Shown in pieces: positions 1-12,535 of a stretch of DNA of 64,000 nt. This DNA comes from Eledone cirrhosa (Eukaryota), in assembly GCA_964016885.1 (NCBI GenBank), contig OZ024743.1, positions 45,074,001-45,138,000 on the forward strand, in the 5' to 3' direction. Within the stretch, counting starts at the first letter, position 1; every line of letters starts with the position of its first letter. A program made the translations under genes and the position numbers. The notes beneath the pieces were generated by a model, which was not told the DNA's origin, did not search any database, and saw only the letters and a list, made by a program, of their open reading frames with translations.

Positions 1-3000
1 TTTGATGGGGCAGGTCAAAATGCTTACACATTATCCAATGTATGTATTGTGCAGCTCTGTTATGCCTGTTTAGGTATTCGGTTGGAGCTATAGGACTGCA
101 CATTGAAATTATATGGTCAATGGTCGCTGGTTGTTTTTTGCATACACGGCATAATGGGCTGCATCCATTTTTTATTATGTTGGCTTGGTAATATTTTGTT
201 GGCAGGCACTGATCTTGTGCTGATATAATCAGTCCTTCAGTCTCCGATTTCAGTCCAGAGGATGCCAACTACTGATGGGTTAAAGTTTTGTCAACATCAG
301 GATTGTTAGCTCGTTCTGGGTATTTTCCATACAGAGGCTTTTCTTGCCAGTTTCTGTAGCAGTTCTTTCTTTGCAGTTACTTTTACCTGCTTTGCTTTTT
401 CTGTGTTTTCCATTTCAGCAGTAAATGGGACTTCTGAAATTTGTAGTCCACTACTGATTCTTTGTGCATCTTTTGTAATGGAATATGATCTTTTGATGCT
501 TTCGTGTTTCAAAACGAGTTTGATCATCCAATCATGTGATTCTCTTAGATATGTAGATAATCCAATTGTTGCAGTTTTCAACGCAATGTCTAACAGGATT
601 AACCCACGTCCTCCTTCTTTCCTAGGGAGATATATTCTATCTGTATCTGCCTTAGGGTGGTGCATTCTGTGCATGGTTAAGAATTTTCGAATTTTTGTAT
701 CGAGCCTACGGATCTCTGTGCTTGACCAGTTGATGACATTGTAACTGTAGGTTACTACTGGTATGGCAAGCGTGTTTATGGCATCTATCCTATTCCTTGC
801 ATTCAATTCCGTTCTTAAGATTGCTCTTACTCTGCGGTAACATTCCTTCCTTATCCTTTCCCTCATTGTCGAGTGCTTGATTCCGTCTCCTTCACAAACA
901 CCTAGATATTTGTAAGTTTCCTCTTGATCAAGTTCTCTTTTCACATTCCCTCGATCAAGATTAATGTCTGAACTCTTCAGCAGCTTTCCTCTGGTGAACG
1001 TTTCTTTGGCGCATTTATCTAGTCCAAACTCCATTTTAATGTCATCACTGAACTGCTCCACAATGGCTAATAGCCCTTGCAATTGTTAATCATTTTTTGC
1101 AAATAGTTTCAGGTCATCCATGTAGAACAAGTGATTAATGGTTTTGTCATAAACTTTATATCCATGTTTTGTTTCATTGAGCATTTTACTTAATGGTATA
1201 AGTGCGATGCAGAATAAAAGCGGTGATAAAGAGTCACCCTGAAAAATTCCACAATTAATATTAACTCCTCCAGCTTCCAGTGATTTTGTTTCACTATTCA
1301 AAAGGAGAGTTGTTTTCCATGTCTTCATACTGAACGACAAAAACCTCCTGACAACGGGAGATATTTTGAAAATCTCTAAACATTTTTCAATCGAACTGTG
1401 TGGCAAACTATCGAATACTTTTTTATAATCTATCCAAGCAATTGATAGATTTTTGTGTCTATTATGACAATCTTCCAGTAGCATTTTGTTAACCAAAAGC
1501 TGATCCTTACAGCCATATGAGACTCGTTTACACCCTTTCTGCTCAATGGGAAATAGGTCATTTGTTATCAGGTGGTCATATGTATATTCAGTTAGGACTG
1601 ATGTTAACATTTTATACATTGTGGTCAAGCAAGTTATCGGTCTGTAATTTTGGGGATTGTTTGTCTCATCATTCTTCGGAAGCAGGAATGTAATGCCGTT
1701 AACTAGCCATGATGGTATCTTTTCTGGCTCCTTAACTATTTAATTGTAAAGGTGGGATAACAGCTCATGATACTCTGTGAAGGCATTTATCCAAAAATTT
1801 TGTATTTTGTCTTTTCCTGGGGATTTCCATTTGCTGGTTTTTCTAAGAGTCAAACGCAACTGTTCCACTGTTATATTTTCCCATATTTGTTCCTCAAGGT
1901 GAGCTGTATCTTTCCTTTGTCTGTCTATCCATGGGGCATGTATATTATGAACTTTTTCTTCGACCCAAATCTTTTCCCAGAATTCTTGCACTTCCTCCTT
2001 GGGTGGTATTAATTTAGCAGTTATTGTTGACTTACCAATTTTTCTGTAGAAGTTTCTTTGGTTGTTTGGAACATATTATTGTCCTTATAGAATCTAGATC
2101 GTTTTTCATAGCGCCTTATACGAGCATCTTTGGCCGACACTTTTTGCTTGATTATTTCTATCAACATGTCTATGTCACTTGTTGATTTTATACTGTACTT
2201 TCTTTTCAATTTTCTAAGTTTAGTTTGTTTAACATGTTCACCTACTTTATAGTTTGTTAAAATTTCTATGTCAGATCGGAGAAGGTTTATTTGGCGATTG
2301 ATGTTCTCTTGCCAAGTAGATTTCTTCTGGGAATTCCTTTGTTTTTTTCATTTTCACTCCACAAAAGTGAGTGGTGACTTTAGCCGATGCATAATAGAGA
2401 TGATTTAAATCAGTAATGTTTAGTTTGTTTGTGATGATAATGTTTTTGAGAATTATGTTAGTCTTTTGTATTATCTTTTGGTTCTGTTTGGAGTTCTGGA
2501 TCTTAGGGAGGGTGACTCGTTCCCCCATGTCAGATTCTTTCATTTTCATCCATTCTATCATAATTTCATGCTTCAAGTTGGCAAGTTCATTCTCATTCAT
2601 TTCTTTATTTATTTACGATCTCATTGTTTTCATTTTGAGTTTCATCTTGAGCATGCACTCCCTCCACCTTTTCGATCCTTTCTTTAATTTGTTCTGTTGT
2701 CAGTGATTCCGCCCCAACCCTGGGGTTCGAAGTGTTACAATTTACCTCGTTTTCACTGACACATGTTTCATTTTCCCTTCGCTGACTTTGTGCTAATAGC
2801 TTGATCTGATCAATTTCTATATCAGTTAGTAACTTTTTTTTTACAATATTTCTGCGTATATTGGCTAGTTTGTTACTGTCAATATAGCCTCTGTTTTCGG
2901 GATGTTTCTTTTTCCAGTTGATATATGTCTGTTCTGTATTCGATGTATTTGATGGGTTGTACATGGCAGTGTAGAAAGCCGCAATGACTTCTTTATTATC

Positions 3001-4370
3001 TTCCCTTGACCATTTTCTCTCTTTTTCTTTGGATTTCTTGGTGGTGAGCATGGAGGGCCAACAGTAGGAGTATTCCGGTTATGGGAGGTCTCCAGCTCCG
3101 AAGTGATGGGAAGGTTTGAACCATTAGTTGATTTTTCGACCCCAGTCTGGTTCCTCTATGAGGGACGCGGCCCTTTTTGACCCGGGTGACGGCCGATCCG
3201 GTCTGAGATTTTATCATTTGACATTTACTTTATTCTTATTCGTCGTGTTTTATCCTTATCCGCCAAGGGGTAATCATTTCGTGTTACCACTTCTAGGACG
3301 AGTGTCAACCAAGACTAGAGGGGTCGTCCTCCCCTAGAGACACGTCTATACCCCGCCGGCCGCCATCCCGGTATTTCTTGGTCACGGGGTTTTCTTTTTT
3401 GTTGTTTTTTTAAATTGTTATTATCATGAGTGGTTCCTTAATGTGAGTATTGCGTGGCTTAAGTATGAAATTATTATTAATAATATAATATACTCTATGC
3501 TGAGGTTGCCTGTTATTGTTGTTGGCTATGTCGGTGGTGGTGCTGAGGCTTTTTCTATTGTTGGTGGGGAAGGCGGGAGCCAGCAGTGCCATAGTCGTTG
3601 ACGTTTGGCCGGTGGCCGTGTCACTAAGTCAATCTATTTATATCTTTTGCTAGCCTCTCCCTTGTCTAGTGATACCGCCACCTTCCCCTTTCTTAAGTTA
3701 ACAGAAGGTAATGGGGGAATAGTGGTGATAGCAATGAAGGAGTGGTGGCGGCGGTGATGGGATAGTGGTAGCAATGATGGATGCAGTGGTGGCGGCGGTG
3801 ACTATAGCGATGGCGTTGTCATTATTGAGTTTTGTTGAATAGACTGTAGTTTGTTTGATCTGTGTATCATTGCGGTTTGTCGCGTATGTTTAATATATGT
3901 GTTGACATATTTTTCTTAATATTGGGATTAAACATTTAGTGAAAACTTGAGACAATAATAATAGTAATTATTATTATTATGCTGGGATTGGTGGTGGTGG
4001 TGATGAAATTGCCGTTATCTGGCTGTTGTATTTAGTGTACACAGAGGGGTGATGGGATAGGTGGTGTATCTAGTTTGTGGTGTTGGTGAAATGCTGTTAT
4101 TTGGCTGTTCTATATAGTGTAGACAGAGGGGGGTTTTTCTTCAATTTATAACCATTTTCTTTTTTTTTAATATAAAATTTATAATACAAAATTGAATATT
4201 TGAGCGATATAACAGGATATTATGGATCCGAATTTTCTGAGAGTTGCGTCAGGTGCTTTATGTATCATTTGTACTAAGAATTGTTATATCACAATTGTTT
4301 TAAATATGTTAAAAAACAAAAACTTACGGAAGCGATTACATGACCTTCTATCCACCACGGGCGTCTTCTT
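1..4370 (-). mobile_element. R4/Dong-clade non-LTR retrotransposon, family A copy A1 (5' end present, 3' end runs off the window; ORF disrupted)
   Basis: Minus-strand ORF pieces 2996-3217, 2605-3051, 2271-2600, 2021-2209, 1740-1991, 1086-1628 and 306-1082 give the R4-type N-terminus, KSPGKD, IFQGDSLSP and FYMDD; bases 1-430 match copy A2; 5' end abuts (TTC)n(TTA)n. Confidence 0.88.
306..3217 (-). pseudogene. Fragmented RT polyprotein of Dong family A
   Basis: Collinear RT motifs split by several stops and frameshifts. Confidence 0.85.
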
Positions 4371-4430
4371 CTTCTTCTTCTTCTTCTTCTTATTATTATT
4401 ATTATTATTATTATTATTGTTATTGTTATT
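4364..4430. repeat. (TTC)n(TTA)n microsatellite between retroelements
   Basis: Direct reading. Confidence 0.95.
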
Positions 4431-7175
4431 CCTTGAATCTCAGTCATTGATGTTGGTTAACTGGAAAGTCCGTTGGATTGAATATCAAGCCACTACCTGC
4501 AGCCTCAGATATTCAGGACGTATCGGAGGGTTCTTGCTGTTCCAAGCAAGCATGCCTTTTGAAGCGTTCCAAAAAGCGTGAAGGGGCCGATTTTCTTTAA
4601 CCATCCCTGGAAACTTTTGGAGATAGTCCCCAGTGCGCCTATGACAATCGGGATCACTTTGACTTCATGGCAGTTCCAAATCCTTTTCACCTCCCACTTT
4701 AGGTCCTGGTATCGGTTAATTTTCTCCCTCTCCTTCTCTTGCACTCTCGTGTCGAACGGGCAGGCCACATCCACAATCAGGCACGATCTTTTTTCTTTGT
4801 CCACAACCACCAGGTCAGGTCTATTGTGTTCCAGTTTTTTGTCCGTCTGTATCCTAAAATCCCACAGCACCTTCACCTGATTGTTCTCCATCACCGCCTC
4901 TGGCCTATGCTCATACCATTTCTCAGAATGTGGTAGATTGTTTACTTTGCACAGGTGCCAGTGGATCACCCTGCCCATCACATCGTGTCTCCAGCCCTTA
5001 TAGTGGGTCTGGGCTAGGTGTTTACACTCGGACACAATGTGAGCCACAGTCTCCTCTCTCTCTCTCCACAGATCCTGCACAGTGGGCTGGCCTCCTCCTT
5101 GTAGATATGGTGCTTCAACCACTTCGTTTTGAGGGCCTGCTCCTGCGCAGCCATTAGCATTCCTTCTGTAGCCTTTTTGAGGTCTCCTCTTCTCAACCAG
5201 TTCCATGTCTGTGGATCTCTAAATTCAGTTTTCTCAAAGAAGGTACTATGAAGGGGTTTTCCCTTAAGGCTGCTCTTCCTCCTTGATGTTATTTCCTCCC
5301 TGGACATCCCCTGGCCTACTGTCCCCTCCTTCAGTACAGCTCTGAGCATTGGCTCCTTACTATAGGTCACGTATTTGTATAGGTTGTTTTTCTCCATCTG
5401 AACACAGTCCTCTATGCTGATAAGACCTCTTCCACCCTCAGATCTCCTTAGGTAGAGTCTATCGACATCACTCCTCTTGTGGAACATGTTGTAGATAGTC
5501 AATAGCTTCCTAGTCTTCCAATCCATTTCTTTCTGTTCAGCAACATTCCATCTCAGAATTCCCGCACTGTACCTAATAATAGACACAGCTCGGGAATTTA
5601 CTGCGCTTATGGCATTTCTGCTGTTCAGATGTGACTTCAATACGCTCCTTACTCTCCGAATGTATTCAGTTCTTAACAATTCCTTCATTTTTTTGTTCTT
5701 TATGCCATCAGCCTCCAGAACGCCCAAATACTTGTATCCTTCCTCAGAGTCAATTTCCTTTATCATCTCAACTGTTGGTATCTGGATCCCGTTACTTCTG
5801 CTCAACCTACCCCTCTTCATCACAATGACTCCACATTTACCAATACCAAACTGCATACATATATCACTGCTGAAAATACGGACAGTGTCAACAAGCACAT
5901 CCAACTCCTTCTCACTTTTCCCGAAGAGCTTAAGATCGTCCATGAAGAGGAGGTGATTGATGGTAAGCTCTCCCCTTCCCAACTTGTATCCTGCTCTCAC
6001 TTTTCGCAGCATAATGGTCAAGGGCATCAGGGCAAGGACAAACAACAGAGGGGACAGGCTATCTCCCTGGAAGATACCTCTCTTGATCTTCACGCTTCCC
6101 AAGGATACTCCAGTTGATGTCAACTCTGTCTCCCAGGACCCCATACTCCTGCCTAGCAACTGTCTGATGTTATCTGCCACCCTGAAGATCTCCAGGCTTT
6201 TGGTGATCCAGGAATGAGGCACCATGTCAAATGCCTTTCTGTAGTCTATCCATCCCATGGTAAGATCAGTGTGTCTCCTCCTGCAATTCCCCATTACCAT
6301 CTTATCAATAAGCAACTGGTCCTTTGTACCACGTGACTTCTTTCGGCATCCTTTCTGTTCGTCCGGTAACAAGTTGTTTGTGTGGAGGTGATGGTAGATT
6401 TCCTCAGACACAATGCTCGTCAACAGTTTCCACATTACGGGCAGACATGTGATAGGTCTATAGTTGGTAGCATCATTACCCTTGATTCGGTCTTTCATTA
6501 TCAGAACTGTGGTACCTTTTGTCAACCACTCTGGCACCTCACCCGACACCAAGCAGTCATTGAACATGGCCGTCAGCTTCGGGTGGAGGGATGTTAGATG
6601 TTTAATCCAATACCCCTGCACACCATCTGGGCCTGGTGATTTCCAGTTGGTTAGTTTTTTGGCTTGCCCCTTAAGAGTTTCAACTGTGATACTCAAATCA
6701 GTCTGTTGCCGTGCCTGCTCACCGATCTCCCTCTGTACTGTCTCAATCCACCCTGCCTGGGCATTGTGTCTAACATCCTGCTCCCATATTCCTCTCCAGA
6801 ATGTTTTAGTTTGCTCCGCCCCAGGGATCAAGTCGTTGCCTCTTTCTTTGCCCTCAAGCTGTCCAAACAGCATCTCCTGGTTGTTGTCGAACATGCGGTT
6901 CTGTTTATACTGACTGACTCTGTTCTCGTATCGCCTGATTTTTGCACTCTTTGCTACAATGCGTTGCTTCAATTCCTCTATGATAATATTTAGCTTTTTA
7001 CTCCTAGTTTTGTATTTTATTTCCAGTCTATTTTTAGTGCCTATGTTTTTTAGTGTCCCATTCAGTAGTGACTCAAGCTTTCCTATGTCATTTCTCATTT
7101 CCCCGATTTGCCCACTCAGTCGCTTCTTCCACCACGGCTCTGCTCTTTCTTGTCTGTTGTTTCCTCTCGCTTTTT
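4431..7175 (-). mobile_element. R4/Dong family B copy B1, 5'-truncated
   Basis: ORF 5014-7098 (RT, LFMDD) and 4505-5206 (CCHC remnant, RPDLVVVD..IVDVACP..KINRY restriction-like endonuclease); +2 frameshift in a (CT)n run near 5051-5067. Confidence 0.92.
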
Positions 7176-10100
7176 AGACAGATTGTAATGACGAGGAGTG
7201 GGAAACGATATCCGGAAAAAAAAAAGAAACCAAAAAAGAAAAAATTCTCTTCCTTCCCCCTCCAAAAACAAAATACAGAGGGAACCAAATGAACTAAGAA
7301 ACAAAAAAGTTAGGACAGATATGCCACCATCCACACCAGCATCACCAACCCCATCAACCCAAACACCAACACCATCACCATCATTAACTCCAACACCACC
7401 ATCACCTACACCACAAAAGTCACCAAAATGCGAAACAGAAACAAACCCACAACAAACGCAAACAAAACAAAACAACCAAAACGATACACACTACACAGCA
7501 TTAAATTTGAACAACAAGCAATTATTGCACTACATCCAACACAACACCAGCATCACAGAAAAAGACTACACAACAACCCCAAAATCACACCACCTCCACA
7601 CATACAAATCACTCGCATCACACAGAAAACGTACATGACACTAAAACAAAAATTCCCCAAAGACATCGGAGACTTCCGACAAGCACTCTCCAGGAGGATT
7701 TATAAGGACATCCTTCCTGAGGAGGCCACAAGCAGTGAAAAGGATGGAAAAACCGTCCTTCCCCTACGAGAAGTAAGGTAAGTGGTCTTTCCCATCTTTT
7801 CCACTCCTTTTCAACATGACCTCACTCAGAATAGGCAGCATAAATGCGCGTGGCTTGGGGTCGTCATGGAAGCAGGGCCACCTGCTCAACGACCTCAGGT
7901 CACTAAACATAGATGTAGTGGCCATCAGCGAGACCAGAATCTCCGAAGCACAGGCTTTCGCACCGATCTTCGGCGGCTACGATGTGTACGCATCTCCCAG
8001 CCGTCCGGGATCGGGTGGAGGAGTTGCTGTGCTTTTTCGGAGAGGTTTGGATCTTGCCATACGGGCCATCTTCCTGGACCCAGAAGGTAAGTTGGTGGTG
8101 CTGGACGTGACCAGCGGAGACGGGCAAGTTTTCAGGTTAGTGGCCGTCTATGCCCCGACAGGAGCAGGGCGGCCTGATTTCTTCCGGCGTCTGGAGACCT
8201 TTCTTGGAACGTCCCGCTCTTTAGTGTTAGTGGGCGACTGGAACGGGATTTAGATGCACGCTGGGATTGTGTGGGATTAGTGGATAGGGAAGGAGGGTGC
8301 AAGAGTCTCACCAACCTGCTCAGACGTTTTGAACTGTCTGACAGGTACCGAATGGATTTCCTGAATGTACCAATGTGGACTTGGACAAATCGCATAGGGT
8401 CATCCAGATCATATCTAGATAGAGTATTTTGTAGGGAAATAGATAGGTCTAGCATAGGCTGTCCACAATTCAAGATAGTCAGCTACACGGACCACAAATT
8501 CGTGATCTGTGTGCTTGACTTAGATAGGCTTCATAGACAAGGACCCGGCTACTGGAAGCTAAACGCGTCCTTACCAGCGCGCAAGGCCTACAGAGACCGG
8601 ATTAGCGAACTAGTTAAGCGGGCGTTGACGGGGGCCATCGTCAACAACAAGTGGTGGTTTGCTCTGAAAAGAGCAATTAGAATAGAGTCCATTAGGTTTA
8701 GTAAGACTTTAGCAATAGAGAAAAATAGAGCAGAGGGAGAATTAATTAGAAAATTAGATGAGGCGCTTAGCAAAGGCATCGCGACCGACGTACTTGCGGC
8801 GAAATTGGCCCTTGACCAATTCTTCAATGCAAAGCACGAAGGCTGCGTTGTCAGAGCTAGGGTGCGTGCTCTCAGACACGAGGGGACGAAAGCCGTTCAA
8901 TGGGCCCGAGTGGCGGAGGCGCGTCGTGGCAACAAAGCCACGATCCGGTCTTTGGTGGACCACGACGGGCGCATGCTACTCGATCCCGGGCAAATGTGTG
9001 AAGCTTTTCAGCGACACTTCGCTCAACTGTTCGGGGGCAGTGGCAGGCCGGGTAGAGGGATGTACATTAGTGTCTACCTCGACGGACTGCCGCGTCTTTC
9101 GGCCACTGAGGCGGAGTGTTGCGAAAAGCCGATAACAACCGCTGAAGTACGGGATGCAATGACTAGTTGCACAAGGGGTAAATCGCCTGGTTTGGATGGT
9201 CTGCCCTATGAACTTTACGTACAAATGCCAAACTTGTTCGGAGGCCTCTTGGCGGACGTCTACTGCAACTGGCAACAGAACGGGAGAATTCCCAGCTCTG
9301 TGAGCCGAGGAGCGGGTGCGCTGCTGAGAAAGGATCCGAACAAGGGGGATAACATAGATAATTTTAGGCCCATAACTCTGCTAAACACAGAGTTCAAGAT
9401 TTTGGCCAAGGTGCTAGCAAAGAGGTTGGCGCTTGTCGTTGGTAGTCTGGTGGGAGAGGCACAGACATGCGCCATTCCCGACAGATCCATCCACGACAAC
9501 CTCCACCTCATGCGATACATCGTAGAGAGGGTAGCTAAGGAACCTGGCACGGGTGGGTCTTTGATCAATTTAGATCAGTCGAGAGCCTTCGATAGGGTCG
9601 ACCATCGTTACCTAGCGGCCGTCCTGAGGGCGGCTGGCTTTGGGCCCGTCTTCAGAGGCTGGATCGCTGCCATGCACAGCGACATCTGCTCTGTAGTGAG
9701 AGTGAACGGTCACCTTTCGGAACCGTTCAACATGATGCGCTCGGTCCGTCAAGGATGTCCCCTCTCGTCCCTATTGTACGTATTGACTCTCGAGCCATTA
9801 CTGCACAAACTGGAGACGTTGAGGGGGGTCCCGCGCGAACTAGGATGCGGAAGATCCGTGTCAGCATATGCCGACGATGTCACCGTAGTGGTGTCGAACG
9901 CCAAACACATCGAGGCGATCGGCACTACACTAAGAGAATACGAAGCGGTGACAGGAGTAATGATCAACCAGGAAAAGTCAGTGGGCCTGCAGCTCGGCAC
10001 CTGGAGAGGCAGGTCCATGCCGTCCAACAGCGTCGTCGGGCGCTGGACGGACGGACCGGTTAAATTGCTAGGGGTCTGGTTCGGTCCAGACCTCCAGACG

Positions 10101-11461
10101 GACAAAAACTGGGACGAGGTGACGAGCAGGGTGGCTTCTCTCACCCAGAAATGGGCTGAGAGGAAGCTATCCCTGAAAGGTCGAGCGGAGGTGGCGAATG
10201 CGTACATCGCATCCGTCATCTTCTACCGCCTGACCGTCGTACCTTGTCCTAAGCCCCGCCTGACTGCGCTGGAGCGTTTGCTCTTTCGCTTCTTGTGGAA
10301 GGGACGCGCTCCGACGGTCAGGCGGTCCATCTGCTGTCAACACCCGCTACGTGGAGGGCTGGGCATGCCGTGGCTGATGATGCGCAGACACGCGCTCAGG
10401 CTACGACATCTCCACCTCTTCCTCGACGGTGATCAGGTGTGGTCGCCGTTTGCAAGACACGTTTTTCCCCAGCTCGTCTCCTTGACGGAGCTGCAGTCCT
10501 GGGTCAATCGAAGACCGAGACTGGAATGTCTTCAGGCGCTCACAGCCCTCGACCAATCGGGCAATGTGATCGGTGGAAACTCCACCTTGGCGTTCTATAG
10601 GGGATTAGTGGAGGGGAAGAGCGACGACGTACTTGGAGAAACTCTAGGCGTCGACGAAAATCAACTAGCCGATCTCTTCGGAAGGACTTTCGGGCCGGGG
10701 CCTATGGACAACTTCCAGAAATCCCTGGCCTGGCAGTGCTACCGAGGAGCTTTGCCAGTTCGGGATAAACTCTACAGGCATGGAGGTGCCGTCAGCCGGG
10801 TATGTCCGAGATGCGCGCAGGGCGACGAAACCGTCCTGCACGCACTCGTCCAGTGTCCGAGCATTGCTGACTTGTGGGTTTATGTCGAACACCTGCTGTC
10901 ACGTGTAGGACGGATCCAGCTATCAGCTGAGTCCATCGTGAGGATTGCCCCGCCCCCTTCCTTTAGCCTGGAAGGGCAGGCAGTTTTTATCTGTCTGGTG
11001 GCCATGGCGAAAGAGATAGTATGGTGGACACGTTTGAAAGGGCTGAAGACGAGCACTTACCTCTTCGGTGATGCCCTGATTAACTTTTTCAAATTTCATT
11101 TGAAAAGGAAAATCAGGGTAGAGAGGGAAGTGCTCTCTTCCCAGCATTTTGTTGAAAGATGGGTGAGAGAAGCAAGTATGGCCCGAATGAATGGGCCTTC
11201 TCTGAGTATGTGTCTGTAAATTAAAGGTGGAAAACTGGGAGAGGGCACTTGCCCTGGTGGTCAGGGCCACTGTGGTCTTTTAATGGGCTTTCTCCACAAA
11301 TGTCCCTTGGAAGTCTCCCCCCTATTGGGGAATTTTTCTTTGTTATTTTATTTCAACCTCTGTTTTTTTACACGCAGAAATGCCCATTTGTACCGTCCTG
11401 TATTGTCCTGTACTGTCCTTAATGTCTACTTTATGTGAACCCTTGTGGTTAATAAAGAAAA

Positions 11462-11462
<1 letters not shown>
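7176..11462 (+). mobile_element. Tx1-clade (L1 group) non-LTR retrotransposon copy 1, 5'-truncated in ORF1
   Basis: Pro/Thr-rich ORF1 remnant 7198-7781, ORF2 7816-11219, AATAAA near 11451 followed by (TTA)n. Confidence 0.92.
7816..11219 (+). pseudogene. Tx1 ORF2 (APE-RT-zinc finger) with a 1-nt frameshift near 8250 and a 15-nt in-frame deletion near 10520
   Basis: ORFs 7816-8253 and 8271-11219 are nearly identical to intact ORF2 at 20334-23753. Confidence 0.9.

Positions 11463-11520
<58 letters not shown>
11463..11520. repeat. (TTA)n microsatellite shared by the 3' ends of Tx1 copy 1 and Dong A2
   Basis: Direct reading. Confidence 0.95.
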
Positions 11521-11521
<1 letters not shown>

Positions 11522-12516
11522 AGTTGCATTTATCTTGCTTTATGTTCATACGAGTTATCACCAAGTCACAACCAGTGACTCAAGAGACAACAAGGTCCGC
11601 CATGTTCAAGAAAGAACATACATATTCACACAAGCATCTTTAGTGTTTAGACTTGTGATGTACTTATATTGACAGAATCTTCCTTAGTATATGGGCAGTT
11701 CCCATTAGTACTATCTTTTGTATTTCTCCTATACGCGGGTTTCCTGGGATTTGCGATAAGTAATCATTAGCCCCCTTAGGTATCATTCCCAGAGCGCCTA
11801 CAACAACTGGTATTGTTTTAGTTCTGAATTTCCACATTTTTCCAATTTCTATCTCCAGGTCCTTATACTTGCTCAATTTTTCAAATGTTTTTATAGATAC
11901 ATTCTTGTCTATTGGAACAGACATATCAATTAGCAGGCATACCCTCTTTTTAAAGTCTTTCAATATTATATCAGGTCTGTTTGCATCTATTTTTCGGTCT
12001 GTTTGGATGCTAAAGTTCCACAAGATTGAGATGTGATCTTTTTCAAGTATGGGAGGTGGTTGATGCTCCCACCAATTCTTTTGATGGGGCAGGTCAAAAT
12101 GCTTACACATTATCCAATGTATGTATTGTGCAGCTCTGTCATGCCTGTTTAGGTATTCGGTTGGAGCTATAGGACTGCACATTGAAATTATATGGTCAAT
12201 GGTCTCTGGTTGTTTTTTGCATACACGGCATAATGGGCTGCACCCATTTTTTATTATGTTGGCTTGGTAATTTTTTGTTGGCACACACTGATCTTGTGCC
12301 GATATAATCAGTCCTTCAGTCTCCGATTTCAGTCCAGAGGATGCCAACCACTGATGGGTTAAAGTTTTGTCAACATCAGAATTGTTAGCTCTTTCTGGGT
12401 ATTTTTCATACAGAGGCTTTTTTTGACATTTCTTAGCCAGTTTCTGTAGCAGTTCTTTCTTTGCAGTTACTTTTACCTGCTTTGCTTTTTCTGTGTTTTC
12501 CATTTCAGCAGTAAAT
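11521..12516 (-). mobile_element. Dong family A copy A2, 5'-truncated (C-terminal CCHC + endonuclease + 3' UTR)
   Basis: ORF 11664-12503: CRVC..H....C and NRPDIILKD..LIDMSVP..KLSKYKDL; (TTA)n on both sides. Confidence 0.9.
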
Positions 12517-12535
12517 TATTATTATTATTATTATT

